From a virus, in IMG/VR virus record IMGVR_UViG_3300018080_005419: a stretch of 64,000 bases of DNA; one strand, given 5' to 3'. Below the pieces are notes generated by a model. The model worked only from the letters and a program-made list of their open reading frames with translations, made no database searches and was not told where the DNA came from. Shown piece after piece: positions 53,556 to 63,824 of this stretch. Position numbers and translations under genes: made by a program. Position 1 is the first letter of the stretch; each line of letters starts with the position of its first letter.

Positions 53556-54754
53556 ATTGTTCTCTTTTTAATATTTTCCAAAATCGGATCAAACCAATAA
53601 TCTAGATCTAATGAATTAACAGGAATCTCTCTATTAACAAGGGCAGCCAATAATTTTTCATGATTCCCTTTATGTGCTTTTAAAAATCCATCTCCTATAG
53701 CTTCAACTGGAACCTTGCATAACGCGGCCTCCAATAAAACTGTTGAATTAATTCCATATACTAATTTTGCTCCTAATATATGTTCTATACTAGATCCTTC
53801 TGTTACAATGTCAAATCTACTAGTATACTCTTTATCATCATATGGATGTCTTTTAATTATTACTTTTTCACCTTTAAATTTTTCTTCTACATGTTCAATA
53901 AATAACTGCATATCTTTATAAGGAGAATGATGTCTTATGTTCGTGTCTCTTGGTAATTGAAGAGGAATAAATATGTAATCCTTTTCTTCTCGTTTTCTAT
54001 CCTTTAAAAATATTTTTCTTCTTTCTTCTAATTTTTGAATATGATCATCTGTAATCCATGAAAGATCATCATTTATCAACTCAGATCCAGCATTAATACC
54101 ATTCGAATCAATAGTAAAATAATTCTTTTGAGGAAAATATCCTACTTCTGTTATATAATATGGAATTCCATTGTTTTCACACATTTCTTTAATTGGCGTA
54201 TAATAATCATCAACAGCATTCCAAATAATCACACAATCTGAATTTTTCGCTTTATCTCTCAAATCAATTGCAGAACAAAAATCCCTATTGTATATTACCC
54301 TATACCCCTTCTTTCTTAAATAAACAATTAAATTAGAAAGCCATAACTTTGTGTGATCCGGCCACCAATCTCCTATAAAAATTTCTGGCGAATCTGGAAA
54401 CAATTTTGGCAACCGAGATACCTCAAAAAAAGTTTTAATATCAATTTTTTCTTCAGTAAATCTTCTATTAAAAATAAGCTGTTCTTTAAAGAAATTTGAA
54501 AATTTTGTGTCAAATAACAATTCATCGCAATGTTTCAAAGACTCATCATAAAAACCTAAATAGTATGAGCTAATAGACAATTCGAATTTAATCAAATTAA
54601 GAGTGTCTTCTGTTGCACCATTTTCGATTGCTTTTTTAGCATAAGCATAGCTTTCACCATATTCTTTATTTCTTCTACATAAATTAGCTAACTCATAGAG
54701 AGTTTGCATTTCTTGGTTTTCTTTATAATTATTAAGAAGCTCTCTTTTATTCAT
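53552..54754 (-). CDS. TPR plus KpsS/KpsC-like capsule-synthesis domain protein
   Basis: TPR-like N-terminus; FIPLQLPRD, IIKRHP and INSTVLLEA motifs. Confidence 0.65.
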   Translation of the reverse strand: MNKRELLNNYKENQEMQTLYELANLCRRNKEYGESYAYAKKAIENGATEDTLNLIKFELSISSYYLGFYDESLKHCDELLFDTKFSNFFKEQLIFNRRFTEEKIDIKTFFEVSRLPKLFPDSPEIFIGDWWPDHTKLWLSNLIVYLRKKGYRVIYNRDFCSAIDLRDKAKNSDCVIIWNAVDDYYTPIKEMCENNGIPYYITEVGYFPQKNYFTIDSNGINAGSELINDDLSWITDDHIQKLEERRKIFLKDRKREEKDYIFIPLQLPRDTNIRHHSPYKDMQLFIEHVEEKFKGEKVIIKRHPYDDKEYTSRFDIVTEGSSIEHILGAKLVYGINSTVLLEAALCKVPVEAIGDGFLKAHKGNHEKLLAALVNREIPVNSLDLDYWFDPILENIKKRTI

Positions 54755-54759
54755 AGCGT

Positions 54760-57576
54760 CTATATTTCCGTTTTCCCACCCATCCAAAGATGACAAAATA
54801 GAGGATTACTTAATCCATCAAAAAGTTCTTTTCTTTTTTCTTCAGAGAAATTGTTTTCAGAAAGTATTTTATAATACAAAGCACATTTTTGTCTATCATT
54901 AACTGGGTAAAAATCATTAATCTTACTAATTGTAATTTTATCTGGATTCTTTTTATATATAGTTGTTGTCATAGTAGGACCAAAAGTAGTTCTTTTAATG
55001 TCATCATTTTGAGAATGCTGCATTATATAATTATGAGCTTCTCTTAAAAACCAACTATCTTTAGCAACACCGATACATCCATTTGCAATTACTTTTGATT
55101 CTTCATGATGATGTTGCCTTGTCAAAAAACATCCTGTATCACACAATGAAGGATAATTCTGATAAATATTACCAATTGATTGTAGCGGAATATAGTCACA
55201 ATCAAAATACCAACCGCCATATTTTTTAAGAGCAGATATTCTTAACAAATCGGATTTAGTCGCAAAATCTGAAACTCTCTCATAAATTTCTCTATAATCA
55301 GGATCTAATATTTTTTCGCCATGAATTTTTATTTTATAATCAAGATTTAGTTTTTTGAATTGATCAATAAGTTCTTCTGCCCACTTGGGTATTCCACTAC
55401 CGACCCAAATAAAATTCAATACTTTGGGAATGTGAAAACTTTGTGTTCTGCGAGTTAAAATATTTGAAACAATTGCTTTTTCTTGCGATCCCGTATGTTT
55501 TTTATCAACGAAACCCTTCTCAAAATATTTATAACCAAAATAATGATGGTCTTGACCGGCATCAAAGAAACTAAATCCAAATAAATTTTCTCTGGGTATA
55601 TATCCCAATTCTCGATACATCCAATACAGTAAAATCAGGCCGGTACTTGGATTGTAATGAATACGCCATAAATTTTCCATATATTTTTCAGGAATATAGT
55701 GCAACTTATCTTTATATTCTTCTAGCCTTTCCTTGTTCTTTTGATAAGTTAAATAAATAGGAGTATCTGGACTTTTTTCCAATGTGCGTTCAGAAGCACA
55801 AACATAAACGTTTTTAAAATCAAAATCTCTATGTTCAATGTTCAAAAACATACTAGATGCCCAATGTGTAACTTTAGTTCCGTAATCTTTAGACCATTCA
55901 TCATCTATATGAAAATTGTTCATTCTTAAAACATTATCAAAGGCATCAATTTTTCCTCCATTACCCGTATCTTTTTCGGCTGGTCCATTCGCAACAATTG
56001 CCATATTTTTGGGAAAAACCAGTTCTCTTTTGGTCTGAACAACAAATGCAACCCAATTTGTAAAAATCTCTTCTTGTAAAATTGAACCATTTTCTTTTAA
56101 TATGTTTTTTAATATATCAAACTTTTGATTATTAGCATGAGAATCTTCAATAGAAAAACTTATTATTAATGTATTTGCAATTTTTAACAATGCAGAAATA
56201 TACAGTTTGACTTTTTCTTGAGGAATCGAAAAAACATCTATTGCATTATAACAAAAGGCTAAATTATACAATCCTTCTTCTAAAATTTCATCAGACTCCA
56301 AATCATAAAGCTTTTCAATTCTACAATATTCAACAAATTCATCAAGACTGCTCAAATTGGTTGGCTCTGAATTCACATCAACAATTGATCGATGATAAAA
56401 CGCAACATTAACTTCTTTTGCCCATTTATACAACCTTTTAACATTTGTTCCTACTTCCGGTGTCTTTTCTTTAACTTCTGGATCATTTTTCTTAACTTCT
56501 GGTGTCTTTTCTTCCTTGTATTCTCCTCCAAATATATGTTTATAATTCTCTTTATATCGTTCAACGTTTGGGTATAACTTGATAAGCATCTCCATAAAAT
56601 TCTTGCTTTGTTCTTTAAATCCAGCATAGTATCCGCTAACAGAAAGCATATCCAAAGGTATTTTTAAATGATCATCTTTGTTGCATAAATAATGATTACA
56701 TTTATTATCTCTTCTGAAGAATGATTTAAGAGCAGCAAAATAACAAAAAACCCAGTCTTTAATATTATAATAATATCTACTTAATGCAGTCCAAGACTCT
56801 GGAGAATCTTCATATCCACATCCTAGTATTAAGTGTTTTTCTGCGTTTTTGTTGTCTCCCTTGGCAAAATAACAATCTCCAAGATAACGATAAACTGCAC
56901 CTAATTCAAACCACACAGGATTAGAAATAGTTAAAAATCTATTTCCTTCTATAATAGCCTCGTCATATTTTTTAGCCCAAACTAACTCTCGCATATACCA
57001 AAAAGAGCGCTGAGAGTTCTGAGGAAATTCTTCTACTGTAATTTTTAATAGATCAAGATAGGGGCGCGATTTTGTACCATCTTGATTATGTATTAAAAAC
57101 AATTCTGGCACATATTTCTTGTTTTCAGTATCAGAAAAAATCGGCTCTATTTCTTCATGTACTGCATATTTCCAAATAAAATCTTTTTTACTATGAATTT
57201 TTGATCTAAGAAAAACAACAGTAGGAGAACCTTGATATCTATATTCTAATCTGTTTACCCCATCTATCCAATACTTCTTAACAATATTTATCCATTGATC
57301 TATAGGCTTCATAACCTCGTCTAAATCGGCACTCACACATATATCATAATCTTCAGGAATTTCATTCAGCACTCTATTTCTGGCCTCATCAAAACGCCAA
57401 AAGTCTAAGTGTACATCAATTACTTTAACATTATCATATTTAGAAAATAATTCTTTAGTATTATCTTCGCTTCCAGTATCTCCTATTAATACTAAATCAG
57501 CATGTTTAGCCCATACCATAAATTTTTCAACATTTTTAGATTCATTCTTGACTATAGCATAAACACAAACTTTCAT
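54760..57576 (-). CDS. Multidomain GT2-TPR, GT29-like, GT32-like protein
   Basis: VYAIVKNE/DTGSED/ADLDE (GT2), AIVANGP...IDAFDNVLRMN (sialylmotif-L-like) and IPKVLNFIW...SDLLR...GGWYFDCD (GT32). Confidence 0.75.
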   Translation of the reverse strand: MKVCVYAIVKNESKNVEKFMVWAKHADLVLIGDTGSEDNTKELFSKYDNVKVIDVHLDFWRFDEARNRVLNEIPEDYDICVSADLDEVMKPIDQWINIVKKYWIDGVNRLEYRYQGSPTVVFLRSKIHSKKDFIWKYAVHEEIEPIFSDTENKKYVPELFLIHNQDGTKSRPYLDLLKITVEEFPQNSQRSFWYMRELVWAKKYDEAIIEGNRFLTISNPVWFELGAVYRYLGDCYFAKGDNKNAEKHLILGCGYEDSPESWTALSRYYYNIKDWVFCYFAALKSFFRRDNKCNHYLCNKDDHLKIPLDMLSVSGYYAGFKEQSKNFMEMLIKLYPNVERYKENYKHIFGGEYKEEKTPEVKKNDPEVKEKTPEVGTNVKRLYKWAKEVNVAFYHRSIVDVNSEPTNLSSLDEFVEYCRIEKLYDLESDEILEEGLYNLAFCYNAIDVFSIPQEKVKLYISALLKIANTLIISFSIEDSHANNQKFDILKNILKENGSILQEEIFTNWVAFVVQTKRELVFPKNMAIVANGPAEKDTGNGGKIDAFDNVLRMNNFHIDDEWSKDYGTKVTHWASSMFLNIEHRDFDFKNVYVCASERTLEKSPDTPIYLTYQKNKERLEEYKDKLHYIPEKYMENLWRIHYNPSTGLILLYWMYRELGYIPRENLFGFSFFDAGQDHHYFGYKYFEKGFVDKKHTGSQEKAIVSNILTRRTQSFHIPKVLNFIWVGSGIPKWAEELIDQFKKLNLDYKIKIHGEKILDPDYREIYERVSDFATKSDLLRISALKKYGGWYFDCDYIPLQSIGNIYQNYPSLCDTGCFLTRQHHHEESKVIANGCIGVAKDSWFLREAHNYIMQHSQNDDIKRTTFGPTMTTTIYKKNPDKITISKINDFYPVNDRQKCALYYKILSENNFSEEKRKELFDGLSNPLFCHLWMGGKTEI

Positions 57577-58670
57577 TTTTTCTCCTCTTTTAACTTTTCA
57601 ACAGAAAACTCTCTATTTCTAATTGTTGCAGATCTAATATCTTCAGGTAAATTTTCCATCTTTAAAATTTCATTACATAATAAAAGAGATTCCTGAAATT
57701 TACCTATATAATACGCAGCAATAGATTTCTCAAATTTTAAACCATATGTATAAACCCATCGATGAATAAACAAAATGTCATTATCAGGATGTGGAATGCT
57801 TTCTCCTAACAAAGAAAATCTATAAGCCAATTGATACTTTTTCTTAGCCCGATAATGTAATGCCAAATAATAAAGTGGTTCTGCTCTTGAAGACCTACAT
57901 TGAAACGAATCTAATAATAAATAAACGGCTTTTTCATCTTGATTTAGATTTAAAGCTGCTAATCCGGATTGCATTATAGAATAAAAAACCTCCTGTTCCC
58001 ATCCTCCGCTATTTGCTCTCTTTTCATACCAAATAAATGCATTTTCATAATCTTTAATGTCTCGATATGACTGAGCTAAATAAAACATATATCTAGTATT
58101 ATCAGGTTCATCTTTAAGACCTTGCGTTAAAAGTTCTATATCTCTCTTAAATTTATCTGCCTTTGATCCTCCATCCATATGATCCTTTATTTGAATTGTA
58201 TTTATTATCTCTGTTGTTTTTCTTTGTTCGCTATTTATAACCTCATGAGTCACACCTACATAGTGCCAATCTAAACCATTTTTTAACAAGTACTCACATA
58301 CATATTCCACATCATGATCGAAACGAATATGATATGAATCTTTCTCTAAATCCCTTTTGTTGAATTTATCTAAAAAAACATATTCTTCATCAGCATCACA
58401 AACTAAAATATAATCGGATTTCCCACGACAAAACTCAAGGGCTTCATTTCTATTATGCCCAAAATTAACCCAAGGCCTTTCAATCAATTCCCCCTTAATC
58501 CCCTTCATTTCTTCTTTAATAATATCCTGAGTTCCATCAATTGAGCCAGTATCTACAATAATCCAATAATCAATTTGAGATTTGAGAGGCGCTAAACATC
58601 TTCGTATAATTTTAGATTCATTTTTAACAATCATACAAAGACAAATTGTTTTCTTTCTTTTGTATGCCAT
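57573..58670 (-). CDS. GT2-TPR glycosyltransferase
   Basis: CLCMIVKNE, VDTGSID, NFGHNRN, DADE and YVGVTHE, then TPR repeats. Confidence 0.85.
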   Translation of the reverse strand: MAYKRKKTICLCMIVKNESKIIRRCLAPLKSQIDYWIIVDTGSIDGTQDIIKEEMKGIKGELIERPWVNFGHNRNEALEFCRGKSDYILVCDADEEYVFLDKFNKRDLEKDSYHIRFDHDVEYVCEYLLKNGLDWHYVGVTHEVINSEQRKTTEIINTIQIKDHMDGGSKADKFKRDIELLTQGLKDEPDNTRYMFYLAQSYRDIKDYENAFIWYEKRANSGGWEQEVFYSIMQSGLAALNLNQDEKAVYLLLDSFQCRSSRAEPLYYLALHYRAKKKYQLAYRFSLLGESIPHPDNDILFIHRWVYTYGLKFEKSIAAYYIGKFQESLLLCNEILKMENLPEDIRSATIRNREFSVEKLKEEKK

Positions 58671-58672
58671 AT

Positions 58673-59257
58673 TTATTCCTTAACTGTTGACCGAATTAAG
58701 AAACGCCACTTATCTTGCATTAACTTAATTTCATGAATATCTAATAAATCTTCATATCTTGTTATAATCGATTGTTCATTTTCGAAAAATCTTACATGAC
58801 CTGGATCATCAAATTTAGGAAGGGAAAATATCAATGGTTTGTTCGGCTTCATTCTTTTTATAACTTCTTGATCAAACTCCACATGTTCAAAAAATTCTAT
58901 AGACACATAAAATAAATTATCATTTTCATCTATAAATTTATTGAAGTCGTAATTAGATAAATCAACCTTTACAAATGAAAATCTATCGTCTAATGATTTC
59001 TTGGTGGACATATCTATAGCAATTCCTGAAAAATCATAGCCAATATATTTTATAGGATATCCGGTAGTATGAGCAATTACTTCCGCTAAATGTCCAGGAC
59101 CACAACCTAAATCGATAATTTTTGTAGCACCTTGTTTGATTAAAGTATCTGCTACCTCTTTCCAAATAGGATACCAACGCAATGCTGATGCCTCTTGCTC
59201 ATAATGACTTCCTAAATAAATACCATCATAATAAGCTGCATCTTGTTGGCGTCCCAT
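58673..59257 (-). CDS. Class I SAM-dependent methyltransferase
   Basis: IIDLGCGPG, GYDFS and EFFEHV motifs. Confidence 0.8.
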   Translation of the reverse strand: MGRQQDAAYYDGIYLGSHYEQEASALRWYPIWKEVADTLIKQGATKIIDLGCGPGHLAEVIAHTTGYPIKYIGYDFSGIAIDMSTKKSLDDRFSFVKVDLSNYDFNKFIDENDNLFYVSIEFFEHVEFDQEVIKRMKPNKPLIFSLPKFDDPGHVRFFENEQSIITRYEDLLDIHEIKLMQDKWRFLIRSTVKE

Positions 59258-59271
59258 ATTTCCCTTTCTTT

Positions 59272-59348
59272 TGGTGATCGCGGACAGATTCGAACTGTCG
59301 GTCTCTAGAATGTCGGTCTAGTGCTTTAGCCAACTAAGCTACGCGATC
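59272..59348 (-). tRNA. trnV: tRNA-Val(GAC), non-canonical C33
   Basis: CTAGA-CC GAC AT-TCTAG; CCA encoded. Confidence 0.85.
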
Positions 59349-59752
59349 TAAACAAAATTATCCTTAAGCCAATCTATAACACTACTTAAAGTTCCAAATC
59401 GAGGTTCTGGGATTTCACTTAATTTGCACCATCTTAATTCAGTACATTTCGCTGGTTCAAGAATTTCTGCTTCTCCACTGTCATATTCTGCAGCAAAGAA
59501 TAGATTGACATAATGCTTTTGTTCTTTTTCAAATATGGCATTGCGAAAAGTTAAGGGTAGGATGTTTTTGATATGAATTCCTACTTCTTCTAATATTTCT
59601 CTTTTACATGTTTCTTCTAAGTCTTCTCCAGCTTCTACATGACCACCGGGAAGAGCCCATGTATCAGCACCATGAGACCCTTGTCTTTTCATTACCAAAA
59701 ACTTTCCATCTTTCTTAATAAATACTGCTACTCCTACTTTTGGTCCTTCCAT
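59348..59752 (-). CDS. NUDIX hydrolase (MutT/NUDT15-like)
   Basis: Nudix box GGHVEAGEDLEETCKREILEEVG; also EPAKC. Confidence 0.9.
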   Translation of the reverse strand: MEGPKVGVAVFIKKDGKFLVMKRQGSHGADTWALPGGHVEAGEDLEETCKREILEEVGIHIKNILPLTFRNAIFEKEQKHYVNLFFAAEYDSGEAEILEPAKCTELRWCKLSEIPEPRFGTLSSVIDWLKDNFV

Positions 59753-59773
59753 CTTTTCCTTACTTTTTCTTTT

Positions 59774-60229
59774 TTATAATACGCTAATTCTACTCGGTTT
59801 AATATCAGACAATGTTGCTGCTGTCTGAGTTAAATCAATAGCTGCTTTTGCAACAGGAGAATTTGGATTTAAAAAGTCATCTATGTGAATATCTTCTGTC
59901 TCTGGATGTATAAATTGAACTAATGAATCCGGTTCTTGCCCTTCTTCCCACCATATTCCATCATTATCTTCATCAATGTTCGCTGCATGATCAACCAAAG
60001 AAGGAAGATCAGCTACTAAATCTAAACCATCAACATTTATCTGCAAAAGAAGATCACCATCAGTTTCAAAGCGTTCAGGATCTAATGACAAATAAATAGG
60101 TCTTTTCCCATAATATTTATCTGCCCAACTTCCTGCCTCTGTTAGACCATTTAAGGTATGCATTCCTTTCAGGCCTTCCTTTTGGATTCCTTTTAGATTC
60201 TTTACTTTGGTTCGATGATACATAAACAT
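59774..60229 (-). CDS. ART-fold-like protein
   Basis: MYHRT...IQKEGL...IYLS...LLQIN pattern. Confidence 0.45.
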   Translation of the reverse strand: MFMYHRTKVKNLKGIQKEGLKGMHTLNGLTEAGSWADKYYGKRPIYLSLDPERFETDGDLLLQINVDGLDLVADLPSLVDHAANIDEDNDGIWWEEGQEPDSLVQFIHPETEDIHIDDFLNPNSPVAKAAIDLTQTAATLSDIKPSRISVL

Positions 60230-60235
60230 AGCGAA

Positions 60236-60430
60236 TTACCGCCCTTCTGAAATACATATAGTACAAGTCCATTTGTCATCGTCACCTAAAAAACCACCTG
60301 AAACTATACGACCACACGCCTGACATCTAAAATGGCGATCTATCGCATAATACCAAAACGAAACAGGATTCAAAAGACAAATAAAAGTTCGAAAGTATTT
60401 CATCTTATTCCTTACAATCAGCCAATTCAT
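60236..60430 (-). CDS. Small Zn-finger-like protein
   Basis: CQACG...CTIC. Confidence 0.4.
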   Translation of the reverse strand: MNWLIVRNKMKYFRTFICLLNPVSFWYYAIDRHFRCQACGRIVSGGFLGDDDKWTCTICISEGR

Positions 60431-60455
60431 CTTTGGATTTGGAATTAATATTATT

Positions 60456-61121
60456 TTAAATCAACCAATCTGAATTATCAAAACCACCATAAGCTTGTAT
60501 TGATCCATAAATTCTTTGAATCACTTCTGTATTATATACCATCATTTTGCAAGTTCCATACTCCAATAGGCCATTTCTTTTTCGTTTTGTATATCTTGGC
60601 CTTTTATCAACAATGGTCTTTCTTAGACAACTGTCGGGTAATCCTAAATTATTTATCCAATATTGCTCTATTTTCTCAACCTTATGAAGATCAGAGTAAC
60701 AATTAATTGCAATACTTATTTTGTCATCTGTAATATGATAACTATTTCTTAGAAACGCCAAAAACAATTTCAACATATGGACGCTTGAATTCGAAAAAGA
60801 AACGCAATTCCTATTATTTTTTCTCCATCCTTCGGCCCAATAAAGCATACATCCAACAACATGTAAGAAATTATTGCAATCAGCCTCTAATTTTCCTTGT
60901 TTTTGAAGCTTTTCTCTTTCTTTCTTGCTAATTTGTTTTCGTTTTTCGCCATTTCTACTCTGATAAGAAAGAGCTTCCAATTGTTTTTTTGTCAGCTTAA
61001 TATCTCTTACCCATAAACTAACAGAGCTTTTGGATACATTTAGCTTTTTTGCGATTTTTCCAATAGAGATGCCCTCTTTTTGTCTTAGTCGTCTAGCCTC
61101 TTCTCTCTCTTTAGGTTTCAT
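60456..61121 (-). CDS. HTH plus LAGLIDADG-like endonuclease, tRNA-adjacent
   Basis: GISIGKIAKKLNVSKSSVSLW (HTH), then LYWAEG...SFSNS...YGTC. Confidence 0.65.
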   Translation of the reverse strand: MKPKEREEARRLRQKEGISIGKIAKKLNVSKSSVSLWVRDIKLTKKQLEALSYQSRNGEKRKQISKKEREKLQKQGKLEADCNNFLHVVGCMLYWAEGWRKNNRNCVSFSNSSVHMLKLFLAFLRNSYHITDDKISIAINCYSDLHKVEKIEQYWINNLGLPDSCLRKTIVDKRPRYTKRKRNGLLEYGTCKMMVYNTEVIQRIYGSIQAYGGFDNSDWLI

Positions 61122-61122
61122 C

Positions 61123-61177
61123 TTTGAACCCCTTAAAATAGAACCATAAAAAACAATGTTCTAAAATAGGGTTCAAA
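61123..61177 (-). promoter_or_regulatory. Hairpin occluding the RBS of the 60456-61121 endonuclease
   Basis: TTTGAACCC/GGGTTCAAA and TAGAAC/GTTCTA stems ending 2 nt before the ATG. Confidence 0.65.
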
Positions 61178-61195
61178 TATAAAGAAAAATTAAAT

Positions 61196-61269
61196 TGGAG
61201 CGCCCACGGGGATTCAAACCCCGACCACAACCTTGGAAGGGTTGTACGCTATCATTACGCTATGGGCGC
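61196..61269 (-). tRNA. trnG: tRNA-Gly(UCC)
   Basis: CAACC-CT TCC AA-GGTTG; U73; CCA encoded. Confidence 0.92.
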
Positions 61270-61499
61270 TCATTTTCATTCACTTTAAATGCTGGTTTTT
61301 CTACATATGAACGTTCATGCCATCGTAATTCTTTATCATCATTAATCAGTTTTTTAAGAGCCCTTTTATCTCTAATCATCTTCTCTAAAGAAGTCAAAGG
61401 ATCTAACACATATCCTGCAGCACCACACCAATCACAAAGAGACTGATCTGAAGTTGACTCCCATTCATGATGACAATCCATACAGTGCATTAGAGGCAT
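61260..61499 (-). CDS. Zn-ribbon protein
   Basis: CMDCHHEW...CDWCG. Confidence 0.55.
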   Translation of the reverse strand: MPLMHCMDCHHEWESTSDQSLCDWCGAAGYVLDPLTSLEKMIRDKRALKKLINDDKELRWHERSYVEKPAFKVNENERP

Positions 61500-61525
61500 C
61501 AGTCAACTCCTTAATTCTTAAAATG

Positions 61526-61586
61526 GGCGATTTTCTTTAATTTATAAAAGGCGCTGTTGACAAAATCGCCAAAACGATCAGCGCCT
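61526..61586 (-). ncRNA. Predicted H-type pseudoknot immediately 3' of tRNA-Ala
   Basis: S1 AGGCGCTG/CAGCGCCT (8 bp) interleaved with S2 GGCGATTTT/AAAATCGCC (9 bp). Confidence 0.6.
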
Positions 61587-61592
61587 AAATTT

Positions 61593-61667
61593 TGGTGGAG
61601 GTGGACGGATTCGAACCGACGACTTCAACCTTGCAAAGGTTGCACTCTCCCACTGAGTTACACCCCC
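61593..61667 (-). tRNA. trnA: tRNA-Ala(UGC)
   Basis: CAACC-TT TGC AA-GGTTG; G3:U70; CCA encoded. Confidence 0.95.
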
Positions 61668-62156
61668 ACTTTTTCTTTTAATTTATCGAAATCTTCCTCA
61701 GCCCACGCAAGATGAGCATAAGACATATCCAACATTGTCAACAATTCCTGAACTCGCAAATAATAAAGCTCCAAAATTTCTTCTTGTGTTTTATCTTCCT
61801 GGAACAATAATTCATCACGCCGGTCAATAATATCATGTAATCCAAGCGAATGAGTGCTTATTTCAAAAGGATTTGCAGGAATATCAATCTTCTGCGTCAT
61901 AAGGATCCAATTCTTCTTCGTATCCATCTTCAGGATGCAACGAATCTTCTTTTTCTATTATATCTTCTTCGTCGCCAATACTAGTTGAATAAACATAAGA
62001 AACTTTTACTTCAACAGGCTTTCCACAGTTTTCACATCTTACAGTATCCATCATAGACTCAGAATAAGAAAAATCAAAGTTTTCCACATCCATTTCTTCT
62101 TCACACCAAGGACATATAGGATAAGGAGTGTTTTCTAAGCTTTTATTTTCGACCAT
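61658..62156 (-). CDS. Two small ORFs (61658-61900 hypothetical; 61884-62156 Zn-ribbon)
   Basis: The second ORF has CPWC...CENCG. Confidence 0.5.
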
Positions 62157-62209
62157 ACTTCAGCCCTCACTTTCTAGAAAAAACAATCTCTAGAAAGTCC
62201 AATAATATT

Positions 62210-62243
62210 AAAAAAAATGGAGAAGAAATAAATCTTCTCCATT
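62210..62243 (-). terminator. Intrinsic terminator after the STAS gene
   Basis: AATGGAGAAG/CTTCTCCATT stem plus a T tract. Confidence 0.65.
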
Positions 62244-62268
62244 AAAAATCATATCAAAGAATATAATT

Positions 62269-62583
62269 TTAATGATCTAAAACTAAATCTTCTCGAACAG
62301 CCATATGCAATTTCTCACCACCCAACATACGAATTGTCTCCTTTAGTCTTTTGGTACAATGTATAGTTAATTTCTTTCCTTTAATTTTTGCTCCTGTTGC
62401 GGTCATCATTAAAATTCCAATATGCTGACTGCTTATCATTGATACTCTATCTGAAAAATAAATCTCAATATCTTCATGTTCTGATTCTATTAAATCTAAG
62501 CAATACTCTATTAATTCTTGTGTATCATTAAATAATTCGAATTGTACTGTTAATCGATTTTTTTCAAATTCGAACGCTTCCAT
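62269..62583 (-). CDS. STAS-domain (anti-sigma-factor antagonist-like) protein
   Basis: IYFSDRVSMISSQHIGILM...GKKLTI...TIRMLG. Confidence 0.6.
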   Translation of the reverse strand: MEAFEFEKNRLTVQFELFNDTQELIEYCLDLIESEHEDIEIYFSDRVSMISSQHIGILMMTATGAKIKGKKLTIHCTKRLKETIRMLGGEKLHMAVREDLVLDH

Positions 62584-62749
62584 GAGACATCCTCCTTCAA
62601 AATAGGAAAATTATATTTATACTTGTCTCATGTTCTTCGTTCTTTTAGGTTTATTCCTCCATTATATTGATAGTATTTTAAGTTGAGGTTTGGGTGATTG
62701 GTATGCTCTAGGTGTCGTTCTTCTATTAATAAGAAAAATTATTCAATTT

Positions 62750-63145
62750 TTATGAATTTTCTATTTCTGCAATCGGTTCTGAACCCAAATGTAACATCGG
62801 TCCATCATGCCAAACAGAATATTTATCATGGTTATTTTCAACGGCAATATGTTTCTGTATCACTTTTTGCAGATCATATCCTATTTTAACATTGTCACAA
62901 ACATGAGGAGAGCTAATGCCAAAATTCGCACCAGCAGCAAAATCAAATATTTTTTCTTTCATTTTATCTGTAAATTCTCTTTTTAAATCATAAGATCTTT
63001 GCTCTTTCATCTGCTCAGGAAAAAGAAACTCAAGCTTTTCTAGAACAATACCTAACTGTCCTATACCCACACGAATAAAAAGATCTATAGCATCTTCGAT
63101 AATGTGCAATTGTTTCTCAGTCAGCGTCAAATTTACTTTCTTCAT
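62750..63145 (-). CDS. Hypothetical protein
   Basis: Start reassigned to MKKVNL after AAGGAG. Confidence 0.55.
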   Translation of the reverse strand: MKKVNLTLTEKQLHIIEDAIDLFIRVGIGQLGIVLEKLEFLFPEQMKEQRSYDLKREFTDKMKEKIFDFAAGANFGISSPHVCDNVKIGYDLQKVIQKHIAVENNHDKYSVWHDGPMLHLGSEPIAEIENS

Positions 63146-63824
63146 TTTTGACTCCTTTTTGAACTCTAGTATACTTAAGTCTTTCAAATATTATATCTGG
63201 GATATTCTCATTTATAATTTCTATTTGCCCAGAAGATAAATCAAAATTGTTCATATCTAAATATTGTTCTCTATTGTCCTCTGAAAATAAATCAGATTGT
63301 GGAACTTTTTTGACATCTTCTATATTGCTACTTTTTCTAGTAACATTAAATGTTTTTTCAATATTAATTAATGGCACCTCTAGCCCATTTTTTACAATAA
63401 GATTTTCGTATTGGACATCTATTATCACAGGCAAATCAATAGGAGGATATATCAACCAATTCTTAAAAAAGACAGAATATAATAAACACAATTTTTTTAA
63501 ATTAAGACGGCATCTATTTTCCGAATGTATAATCTCTGAATTTTTTAATCCGCTAACATTTTGAATTCCATATTCTTTATGTCTATGCCACATATCTACA
63601 CATTTACGTTTAATACTCTCTATCCAAGAATAAGGATTTTTATAAATTAACATATGGCATATATCTGAACGAAAAGTTAAATTAGTAGGATCAGGTGTAT
63701 GTTTCCAAAAATAGCCTCTTATTGGGTGATTTCTAATTGTAACACCATAATTTACCTTTAAAATATTCTCTAAATATTCCGTACCGCTTCTCTGCAAACC
63801 TATCACAATACATGATTTATTCAT
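63117..63824 (-). CDS. Sulfotransferase-like protein (paralog of 36293-36976)
   Basis: Start MNKSCIVIGLQRSGTEYL; FWKH, KNPYSWIESI and VQYENL motifs. Confidence 0.65.
   Translation of the reverse strand: MNKSCIVIGLQRSGTEYLENILKVNYGVTIRNHPIRGYFWKHTPDPTNLTFRSDICHMLIYKNPYSWIESIKRKCVDMWHRHKEYGIQNVSGLKNSEIIHSENRCRLNLKKLCLLYSVFFKNWLIYPPIDLPVIIDVQYENLIVKNGLEVPLINIEKTFNVTRKSSNIEDVKKVPQSDLFSEDNREQYLDMNNFDLSSGQIEIINENIPDIIFERLKYTRVQKGVKNEESKFDAD

Noticed and set aside
1681-63564. Many short plus-strand ORFs antisense to long minus-strand genes
   Set aside because: They are shadow ORFs with no RBS or motifs, fully overlapping well-supported genes.
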